From positions 43,450 to 107,449 of the forward strand of contig BCKQ01000018.1 in the NCBI GenBank assembly GCA_001600695.1: a stretch of 64,000 nt of DNA, in the 5' to 3' direction. Position 1 is the first letter of the stretch. Each line of letters opens with the position of its first letter. This stretch comes from Ascoidea asiatica JCM 7603. Its lineage: Eukaryota; Fungi; Ascomycota. The notes under the pieces were generated by a model that was not told the DNA's origin, did no database searches, and saw only the letters and a program-made list of their open reading frames with translations. The translations under genes were made by a program, and so were the position numbers. This document shows positions 50,360-60,653 of the stretch, one piece after another.

Positions 50360-52765
50360 TTATAGTCTACTCCGAACGTCATCTTTGATTAACGACCCTT
50401 CATCATATAATTGATTGGTAATTGTTTTGAAGTATGTATCACATACATTTCTTTTCACTTTAAAAGTTGGGGTAATTAAATTATTTTCAATTGTTAAAGG
50501 ATTAATAGTAACATAAATATTATGTATTTTTTCAAAATTTTGAAGTAATTTTTTACCTGTTTTAAAAGAAGTTTCTTCTATTTGTTTATTTAATGAAAAT
50601 AATAAAGATTTTTTAATAAACAAATGAGAATTTATAAGTTTAAGAACTTGTTTAATATCATTTTCATTATCTGAATTTAAAATAGATTTAAATTGATTAA
50701 AAGCTTGAAGATTTTGAGATTGAGAATGAACATTTTTAATATGAATTTCATTATTATTAACACTATTTTTTAAAGCATTAATATCAATTCCAATAACAGC
50801 AACAAGATAATTTTTAAAAGAATTACCATAAACAAAAATTTGTTGAATTATTGGACAAGTTGATAAATAAATATTTTCAATTTTTTCAGGACCAATATAT
50901 TCACCTTGACTAAGTTTAAAAAAATTTTTAACTCTATCAATAATATATAATCTATTATCAGAATTTGAATCAATTCTAGCAATATCACCAGTTTTAAAAA
51001 AACCATCTTCATCAAAAGATTCTTTTGTTGCTTTTTCATTTAAAAAATATCTTGGAAAAATTTGAGGACCTTTTAATAATAATTCACCTTTTGGAGAATC
51101 ATTTGGATTATTAGTTGAAAAATAATTCATTTCAGGTACATCTCTTAATCTAAATTCAGCAGTTATACTACCAAAACCACAAGAACCTGGATTTTTTTCA
51201 AAACTTTTACTTATTGAAATACCTGCCATAGATTCAGTTAAACCATAACCTTGTTTAAAACCAATACCAAGAATTGCTTTTAAAAATTTTACAGTTTCTG
51301 GAGCAATTGGAGCAGAACCTGTAATACAAAATTGTACATTATCAAAACCAAGAGTATGTCTTAATTTTTTTATAATAAATTTATCAAATAACCAATTTTT
51401 AGCTTTTTCATCATCTTTTAAAGACATTTTATATTCTTTTTGATTAATTGATTTTTGAAGTAAAAAAGATTGTAAAAAATTTGAAGATTTTATAAATTGT
51501 TTTAAAGAACTTTCAATTTTTGTAAAAACTCTAGGAACTGCAGAAATTAAATGTGGTTTTAAAACTTTTAAATCATTAATAAAAGATTCAACAGGATTAT
51601 TTGAAGATGGAAAAGCTAAAGCAACACCTTGATTAATTTCAAAAGCTGCAACTTGTCTTTCAAAAATATGAGCTAAAGGTAAAAAACATAAAGCTCTAAT
51701 TTGATCTTTAAAATAATATTGAGAATAATTAATAATATCATTTGAATTATTATTAAAATTAATTTCTGGTTTACCAATATGAGCCATAGCAAAAGTTATA
51801 CCAGCCATAATAACATGTTGAGTAATTTCAACACCTTTTGGTAAACCAGTTGTACCAGAAGTAAAAGATATAGTATATAAAGAATCTGAAGTTGAAGGAT
51901 TTAAAGGTAATTTAAAATTTTTACCAATTTTTTCTAAATTATTTAAATCTAAAATTTTTAAATTTAATTGATTTGCAAAAAAAATTAAATAATTATCATT
52001 AATTAAATCTAAATCATCAAAAGAAATTATAAATAATAAATATTTTAAATCATTTGAATAAATTTTTTTTAAATTTAAAATTTTTAAAATATTTAATTTT
52101 GATGTAAAAATTATTGGAGATTTTGTTAAATTTAAAATATATTTTGAAGTTTCATAACCTAAAGTATCATAAAGAGCAGTATTTGGTAAATTAAAAGCTT
52201 GACAAGCTAAATCTGTTAAAATCCATTCATATCTATTTGAAGAATATATTGAAACTATGAAATCATAATTATAAATTGGATGAGAATAAATTTTTGAATT
52301 AAATAATTTAAATTTTTTAAAATTTGAATTATTTAAAACTAAATTTAAAATTCCAGAACCTAAATAATTTCTTCTTTTTTTAATTTCATTATATGTTAAA
52401 AATGTATAAAATTTATCAAAATTATTTTTAATTGAATTATTAAATTTTCTATAACCTAAACAATTTAAATTTGAATATAAATTTGAAGAAATTTCAAAAG
52501 ATTTAAAATAAGTATTTAAAAATGGATGAATATAATTAATTAAATCAGGTTGATTATTATTATTTAAGATTATTAATTTTGGAGATCTATAAATTGAAGA
52601 ATATCCAATTTTTTTTGAATTTGGTATTGGTAATGAAATTTCAGTTTGATCAGAAGGAAAAGGTAAATTTGAATATAATTCTTCAAATTCATTTTTTTGA
52701 TCATTATTTAATATATATCCAGTATATTTATCAAATTTTACATTCTTTTCATAATCATTATCCAT
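50360..52765 (-). CDS. FAA2: Peroxisomal fatty acyl-CoA synthetase, FAA2-like copy A (PTS1 -SRL)
   Basis: NRYEWILTDLACQAF, ISFTSGTTGLPKGV, QGYGLTES, FKTGDI, IDRVKNFFKLSQGEYI, C-terminal SRL. Confidence 0.9.
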   Translation of the reverse strand: MDNDYEKNVKFDKYTGYILNNDQKNEFEELYSNLPFPSDQTEISLPIPNSKKIGYSSIYRSPKLIILNNNNQPDLINYIHPFLNTYFKSFEISSNLYSNLNCLGYRKFNNSIKNNFDKFYTFLTYNEIKKRRNYLGSGILNLVLNNSNFKKFKLFNSKIYSHPIYNYDFIVSIYSSNRYEWILTDLACQAFNLPNTALYDTLGYETSKYILNLTKSPIIFTSKLNILKILNLKKIYSNDLKYLLFIISFDDLDLINDNYLIFFANQLNLKILDLNNLEKIGKNFKLPLNPSTSDSLYTISFTSGTTGLPKGVEITQHVIMAGITFAMAHIGKPEINFNNNSNDIINYSQYYFKDQIRALCFLPLAHIFERQVAAFEINQGVALAFPSSNNPVESFINDLKVLKPHLISAVPRVFTKIESSLKQFIKSSNFLQSFLLQKSINQKEYKMSLKDDEKAKNWLFDKFIIKKLRHTLGFDNVQFCITGSAPIAPETVKFLKAILGIGFKQGYGLTESMAGISISKSFEKNPGSCGFGSITAEFRLRDVPEMNYFSTNNPNDSPKGELLLKGPQIFPRYFLNEKATKESFDEDGFFKTGDIARIDSNSDNRLYIIDRVKNFFKLSQGEYIGPEKIENIYLSTCPIIQQIFVYGNSFKNYLVAVIGIDINALKNSVNNNEIHIKNVHSQSQNLQAFNQFKSILNSDNENDIKQVLKLINSHLFIKKSLLFSLNKQIEETSFKTGKKLLQNFEKIHNIYVTINPLTIENNLITPTFKVKRNVCDTYFKTITNQLYDEGSLIKDDVRSRL

Positions 52766-52783
52766 TTTTAAATTTTAATTAGT

Positions 52784-52830
<47 letters not shown>

Positions 52831-53643
52831 TTTATCTTTTCTTATTAAAAAAAGAGGAAATAAATCATTTATAAAAGAATTGAGATTAAAAGAAGATGAT
52901 AAAATGATAAATATATATGAATGAATGAATATATCATTATCATTTTTTCTTTTCTTTTATATATATATATACTATACTGTATATATTGTATATATTGTAT
53001 ATATGAATATGACTTGACTCGATATGAAGTTATCGAATTAAAGATGAAATGGTAGCAATTGCTTTAAAACAGATCAAATTGACTGTGATTATGATTATTT
53101 GATTATTATTTAATAATCATTTGATAATATTTGATAATATTTGATAATATTTAATAATATTTAATAACAATTGACAATAATTTGATTGTGATTGAGTGTT
53201 ATTGAGTGTTATTGATAGGATATATCCAAATATATCTAAAGAAGGTTTGCCAATGGAGTTGCAAAGCAAGTTGATTTGATATAAAGATGAAGTTTTGAGC
53301 ATGTCTTTCAAAGAAGGTTTGATTTGTCTCAGAGCTCTCGCGCGCTACCAGAAGAAGAAGTTAGCAATGAAAGCTTCTGAGAAGGTGGCGATCATCCCGC
53401 TTGTTTTCTGCTTGTTTTCTGCTCGATTTCTGTCACACGCCAATTGCTCCGGCACGTGCGTGAGTCGCCGCAGGAGTTCTCCGCTTTGCCACGTGATCTG
53501 AAATAAAATAAAATAAATAAATAAATAAGAAGATCCTAAAAACTGGTGTCAAAGAAGGTTATACAAATTACGTGTATATAACCGATAACCGAAGTAGTAT
53601 AGCTAATAAATAAATAAATAAATAAATATATATTCAATTTCAT

Positions 53644-56001
53644 TTATAATTTACTCTTTTCTTCTCTAATTAATGATCCTTCTTCATATAACTTATCAAT
53701 AATATCCTTAAAATACTCATTACAATTCTTTCTTCTAACTTTCATAGTTGGAGTTATTAAATTATTCTCAACTTTTAATGGATTTATATAAATTTGAAAA
53801 TTATGAATTTTTTCAAAATTATTTAATATTTTCTTATTCATTTTTTCTTCAATTTCTTTAATATTATTATTAAGATAAATTAAAATATCTTTCTTTAAAT
53901 TATAATTATTATTAATTAATTTAATAATCTTATCATCATTATTATTACCAATTTTATTTGATAAATTTTTTAAATAATTTAATAAATTTTCATTTTTTTT
54001 ATTTTTTTTATTTTTAATATTTAAAAAATTTATTTTATTTGAATTTATTAATTTTTTAAAATTTATTATATCAATACCAAAAATTCCAATTAAATAATTC
54101 TTAAATGAATTACCATAAATAAAACTTTGTAATAATATTGAAGAACTTGAAATATAAATATTTTCAATTTTTTCTGGGGATATATATTCTCCTTGACTTA
54201 ATTTATAAAAATTCTTTAATCTATCAATTACAAATAATTTATTATCACTTTCATTATCATTATCATTATCATTATCATTGTCACTAATATTTTCAATTTT
54301 TCCAATATCTCCAGTTTTAAACCATCCTTCATTATCAAAACTTTCTTTTGTTGCTTTTTCATTAAGAAAATATCTTTCAAAAATTTGTGGACCTCTGATT
54401 AAAATTTCTCCTTTTGAAATACCATTTTTATTTTTATTATTAGAAATATAATTCATTTCTGGAATATCCATTAATTTAATTTCTGTAGTTAATCCACCTG
54501 TACCACTACTACCAATAATATTATCAAAAGATTTTGATGTTGTCATTATTGCCATACTTTCTGTTAATCCATAACATTGTTTAAATCCAATATTTAAATT
54601 ATCTTTTAAAAATTTTATAGTTTCATCTGCTAATGGTGCAGATGCAGTTAAAAAATATTCACAATTTTCAAATCCAAAATTTTTTCTAATTTTATTAATA
54701 ATTAAATTTTTTTTAAATTTTTCTTCATTTTTTTCAATAAAATTTAATTCATTTAAATAAATTTTTATTAAATTTTCAAATTTTGTAAAAATTCTAGGTA
54801 CACCTGTTAAAAAATTTGGTTTTAAAATTTTTAAATCTTCATATAATGAATTTATTGAAATTTCTAAACTTGGAAATCCAATTATTCCTCCACTAATAAT
54901 TTCAAATATTGACATTTGTCTTTCTAAAATATGTGCTAATGGTAAATATGATAATGATTTATATTGAAATTTAATATTTGGTGTACCAATTTGTGTAAAT
55001 GCAAATGTTATACCTGCCATTAATTGTTTTTGATTAATTTCAACACCTTTTGGTAAACCTGTTGTACCTGATGTAAAAGATATAGTATATAATGAATTTT
55101 TTTTTGATGGATTTAAATTTATTGGAAATTTTTTACCAATTTTTTCAATATCTTTAAAATTTAAAATTTTTAAATTTAATTCATTACTAAAAAAAATTAA
55201 ATAATTATCTTTAATTAAATCTAAATCATCAAAAGAAATTATAAATAATAAAGATTTTAATTCATTTATATAATTTTTTTTTAAATTTAAAATTTTTAAA
55301 ATTTTTGATTTTGATGTAAAAATTATTGGAGATTTTGTTAAATTTAAAATATATTTTGAAGTTTCATAACCTAAAGTATCATAAAGAGCAGTATTTGGTA
55401 AATTAAAAGCTTGACAAGCTAAATCTGTTAAAATCCATTCATATCTATTTGAAGAATATAAACAAACCATAAATTCATAATTATAATTATTATTTGAAAA
55501 AAAATTTGGATAAATTGATTTAATTTTTTTAAAATTTGAATTATTTAAAATTAAATTTAAAATTCCAGAACCTAAATAATTTCTTCTTTTTTTAATTTCA
55601 TTATATGTAAAAAATGTATAAAATTTATCAAAATTATTTTTAATTGAATTATTAAATTTTCTATAACCTAAACAATTATAATTTGGCCATAAATTTACAG
55701 AAATTTCAAATAAATTAAAATAATTATTTAAAAATGGATGAATATAATTAATTAAATCAGGTTGATTATTATCAATTAATCTTTTTGATCTATAAATTGA
55801 AGAATATCCATCTTTTTTTGAATTTTTTATTGGTAATAAAATATCAATTTGATCAGAAGGTAATGGTAAATTTGCATATAAATTTAAAAAATAATCTTTT
55901 TGAGATTTTGTTAAAATATAACCAATTTTTTTATCAAATTTATAATCATTTTCATTATAATTTTTAATAAAATGAAGTGAAGATGATTGATCAATTGACA
56001 T
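53644..56001 (-). CDS. FAA2: Peroxisomal fatty acyl-CoA synthetase, FAA2-like copy B (PTS1 -SKL)
   Basis: Same motifs as copy A, with QCYGLTES; C-terminal SKL. Confidence 0.9.
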   Translation of the reverse strand: MSIDQSSSLHFIKNYNENDYKFDKKIGYILTKSQKDYFLNLYANLPLPSDQIDILLPIKNSKKDGYSSIYRSKRLIDNNQPDLINYIHPFLNNYFNLFEISVNLWPNYNCLGYRKFNNSIKNNFDKFYTFFTYNEIKKRRNYLGSGILNLILNNSNFKKIKSIYPNFFSNNNYNYEFMVCLYSSNRYEWILTDLACQAFNLPNTALYDTLGYETSKYILNLTKSPIIFTSKSKILKILNLKKNYINELKSLLFIISFDDLDLIKDNYLIFFSNELNLKILNFKDIEKIGKKFPINLNPSKKNSLYTISFTSGTTGLPKGVEINQKQLMAGITFAFTQIGTPNIKFQYKSLSYLPLAHILERQMSIFEIISGGIIGFPSLEISINSLYEDLKILKPNFLTGVPRIFTKFENLIKIYLNELNFIEKNEEKFKKNLIINKIRKNFGFENCEYFLTASAPLADETIKFLKDNLNIGFKQCYGLTESMAIMTTSKSFDNIIGSSGTGGLTTEIKLMDIPEMNYISNNKNKNGISKGEILIRGPQIFERYFLNEKATKESFDNEGWFKTGDIGKIENISDNDNDNDNDNESDNKLFVIDRLKNFYKLSQGEYISPEKIENIYISSSSILLQSFIYGNSFKNYLIGIFGIDIINFKKLINSNKINFLNIKNKKNKKNENLLNYLKNLSNKIGNNNDDKIIKLINNNYNLKKDILIYLNNNIKEIEEKMNKKILNNFEKIHNFQIYINPLKVENNLITPTMKVRRKNCNEYFKDIIDKLYEEGSLIREEKSKL

Positions 56002-57024
56002 TATTATTATTAATTAAAAATTTGAAGTAATAAATGAATTGAATTGAATTGAATTGAATTGAATTGAATTGAATTACATTCTCTATTTTATGAATTGATT
56101 GAGTTATACTCTTTCTTATATATTGAATAATTGATTTGAAATTAAATTGAAGATAACATTTAAAGAAAAGAAATATTGTTGAATAAGAATAAGAAAAGAT
56201 AAGTTTTTTTCATAACCAATTAAAAGGAAATAAAACAAAACTAAGATTCTTCATTTATCAAATAAAATTTCAAAGTAATAAAAACAGTTAGTTGCCTGAA
56301 TTCTCCACAATGAAACACAAATACCAACAAGCATCAGGTTAAATTACTCCAAAAAGCTAAAGCTATCTATCCATTTTATTATATCTGGAATGATTCATGA
56401 TTGTTTTCTCTCCATCTTTCTGCAAAACAACATATAGTTACTAAAGAAGCATTATTACTTTGCTTCACCTTTTGTAAAATCAGATTCCTGAAGCAAAGAA
56501 CTAAAAACTAGTAAAAAGGGTTTCATCGATGACCTTTGTTCGTCTGGGGAAAAAGACAGCGCATTGCCGGAAACCAGCTTTGTGGTTCTTCTCCTTCCCC
56601 AACTTGTCCCTGTCCTAACAAACTGGATTCTCTCTTGTCATAACTGACTGAACTATTTGTCCTATATCACACCTGCCTATTCTGGTTGAAGTGCGGCTGG
56701 TGAAAGTTGTTTAAACAGGAACACTTTGTGTAAAAGGGATAGTTTCCATTTTGGGTACATTATCCGCTTCCTAGATGAACCACCACCTCTCTTACTGGGA
56801 TCTATTCTAATTTTGAACTTTGATTATGTCAGCTATCAAAAAACACTGATAACCCCAAATCTTGAAATTCCCCTGATTTAGATTTAGGAAATGTAATTCA
56901 AATCATAAATTTTTATTATCATCATCATCATCATATCAATTGAAGTTTAAAATTATGATAAATATTTTATTAAAATTTAGAAGAATAATAAATAAATTCA
57001 ATTTTATTTTTTGCTTTAATGAAT

Positions 57025-57062
<38 letters not shown>

Positions 57063-57182
57063 CGTACTTTTGTATTACATAATATTCGTAATATAACTAC
57101 TTATTTTTTATTTTTCTGATTATATTCATATTAATTTTAAAAAAAAAAATCAATTAAATTAATTAAAATTTTCATATTCTCA

Positions 57183-57586
57183 ATGGAAAAAGAACTTCAA
57201 TTTGAAAAAATTTTAAAAATTAATCAAAATAATATTGAAATTAATAAAAATTCAACTTTAATTTTAAAATCAAATCAAAAAACAAATCAAAAATTAAATA
57301 GAAATTCAATTTTAAAATCTAAACAGAAAAAATCATCTTTAATCAAAAATTCCAATTCAAATACAAATACAAAAACAAATAAAGTTAAAAAAACAAGAGG
57401 ATTTTCAGGTTGTTGGTTATGTAGACAAAGAAAAATTAAATGTGATGGTTTAAAACCAAATTGTAAAAGATGTTTGAAATCAAATTTAATTTGTTCTGGA
57501 TATGATATTAAATTAAAATGGTCTTTACCTTTAACTTCTAAAACTTATTCAATTTCAAATAAAAATTTCACTTCCAATAATATTAC

Positions 57587-57625
<39 letters not shown>

Positions 57626-60515
57626 AGAATATTTTCAAAGATGTCAAATAGAATTTGTTGATTGGAATTCAATCAATTCAAATTATTATAATTTATCTTT
57701 TATTGATCATTTAATTAAATTAATTGATTTACAATCAATTCAATTATCAAATAATAATACTATAAATAATAATAAATTAAAAGTTAAAAAATCAATAAAG
57801 AATAATGTAAAAAATTTAATTCAAGGTCCATTTTCTGTATTTAATTATAATATTCCAATTGAAAATAATAAAATTATTCATAATAAAAGTATAAATATCA
57901 ATAATAATATAAATAATTATCAATTTAAAAATCAAAATGATATATTTAATAGCCTTTATGATTATAATTATAACTATAATTATAATACTAAATTTAATAA
58001 TAACTATGATTGTAATTATAATCATCAATTAATTAATACTAAAGAATCGGTGAATAATAATCAACAAATTATAAATAACAATAACAATAACAATAATAAT
58101 AATAATAATAATAATAACTTTAATTCTACTTTAACTTTTACTTCTGATACAAATATGAATCTTTTATTATTAGGTCATCCTATATTAAGTGATGATTCTC
58201 AAAATGAGGAAAATGAAATTTCTTTGAAAATTATATCAAAAAATAAATCATCAAGTAAAAATGATAATTTAAATAATACAACTAAAGTTATTTCAAATCC
58301 TGAAAAAAATAATAATAATAAATTTAATTTTTCTAAAAGTAAAAAAACAATTATAAGAAAACGTCCATTATGGTTGCATTCTTCTTTAATTAAAAATTAC
58401 AATCTTTCTTTAAATACTTTCACTGAACTTTTATTAGATAAAAAAAATAATGATAATAATACTATTATAAAAAATTTACAAATATTATTTGATGGAAAAG
58501 ATTATATTTTTAATAGTAAAGAATATTACGTTAATCCTTTGATTTTTAAAAAATTAATTATATTTAAAGATAATAAAATTTTTTTAACTGATAATTTAAA
58601 ATTTCTTATTAAACATTTTGAAAAAAATGTATTACATTTATTAATGAACTTTTCAATTATTAATTCTTCAATTTCAAATCCATGGACTGAAAATTTTTTC
58701 CCATTCATTAAAAAAATTCTTCCTCAAGTTTTTTCTGACCCAAATATCAATGAAAATGATTTATTTTCAATTAGTTCAAATATAAAAGTTTTTTTAGAAG
58801 ATAAACTTTTATATCTTAAACAAATATTAATCTTTCAAATTTTATCGATATCTGCTTTTCATGTTTATGATAGTAATATTATTTATACTTCAATTATGAC
58901 AAAAAATGAATTTCTTGAAATATCAACTAGTTTAAGAAATTTCTTGGTTACAAAACTTGAATCATTAGTAGATTATTTAAATTTGGATAATAATTTACAA
59001 GAAATAGTCTTAAATGAAAATGTTCCAAACAGTGTTTCAATTAATTTAAAAGTTATTTTTTTATTATGTTTCTTTATTCAATTATATCTTGATAATATTT
59101 TTGACTCCTTATGTAGTTTTGACAAATATTTTACAATTTGTGATAAAATTGTTATAAGTTTAACAACAACTTCAGAAATTTTAAATTCAAATTACACTTA
59201 TGATAATGATTATGTTAATCATGATTTGATTAATGATTTAAATGATTTTAATGATGATGATGATATTAGCAATAGCAATTTTTTAAATAAAAATTTGAAT
59301 AATCCAATCAATAATAATAATGAACTTAATTTTAACTTTAATTATTTGATAATTTACTTAAAAATTTATAAAAATCTTTATAATGCAACTTTCATGATAG
59401 ATAGAGAAAACTTTCAAGTTATAAAAATTAAAAAATTTGATGATATATTGAATAAAAACTTTAATTTAATCAAAGAGGATTATGATCTTTATTTCAAATC
59501 AATTCAAAATCTTTCTCGATCAAACTCTGTTTCTTCTCAGAGTCAATCATATTCTCCAGAGGAATTCTCAGGTTTAAAAAATAAAAGATCAAATTCTTCT
59601 TCTTTGAGAATAGTGAAAACTGATTCTAAAATATTTAACAATCAAAATAATAGTAGACCTACATTTCAAGTTAAATTCAACTGTGATAATGAAAATGAAG
59701 AGGATAAATTATATGATGATAATCCCAAATACTCGGATTCGGATCATTTTCTTCATCATAATAGCAAAACATCTTCTCCTAAATTAGTTGAACTTCCTTT
59801 TGGAAATCCACATATGTATTTAAATTCAACCAATAATATTGATCCAGATATTTTAAACTTCAATGATCTTATATTTCCTGTTCCTTTATCTTTAATAAAT
59901 CTTTTAAATAAAATAACAAAATTGTGCAATCATAACAATTTTTTCAAAGCTAGAAAAATTCACCCTAGAAATTTTCCAAGAATAGCTGCAGACTTTGAAG
60001 ATCGATTGTTGAATTGGAAAATAAATTGGAACCTTTATTACTATAATGAAGAGCATTTAGAACCTCGATTTTTTTCTTTGTACCATGAATTGATATATCA
60101 TAATACAATGTCATTTTATTATTCTTTACTAACTTTATTTTATAGAATTATCAAAGGAACTCCTTCTAGCTTATTGGGAACATTTGTCAAACAATCTATT
60201 TTTCATTTAAAAAGAATATTTGAAATTAGAAATAAAACTTCTCAAAAAGATGGAAATCTTGTGTATTACTTCAAACCGTTTTTCTTTCAAATTTTTATAA
60301 TGAGTTCAGAAGCTAATTCTAAAGTTTTGCGTGATCAGTGTAAAGAACTATGGAAAGAATATGAGAGATATGGTAATATAAATTTATTTTCCAAGCATTT
60401 TTTCAAAGCAAAAATGGTAATTTTTGAATGCTGGAGAGCTCAAGATGCAGGAGAAGAAGATAATTCATGGGTCGATGTTGTAATCGATTGGAAAGTTGAA
60501 TTATTTTTGATTTAG
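57183..60515 (+). CDS. ARG81: Zn(II)2Cys6 transcription factor, ARG81-like
   Basis: GCWLCRQRKIKCD..KPNCKRCLKSNLICSGYDIKLKWS followed by FQRCQIEFV, and C-terminal PRNF......FEDRLLNWK, as in Arg81-family proteins. Confidence 0.75.
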
Positions 60516-60653
60516 GTTTTATATTCCTATTGAGAATTATTGAAAGATTTTTATAGTATTGTACAATAATAAGCTAAATAAATATTTACGAATATATTGA
60601 ATTAAAAAAATGCTTCACAAAATAAAGTTTGGTTATAAAGACCACTACTTCCA

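Noticed and set aside
53450-53470. CGG-N15-CCG as an oleate response element for FAA2
   Set aside because: It lacks the TNA core on either strand, and such triplets are expected in a GC island.
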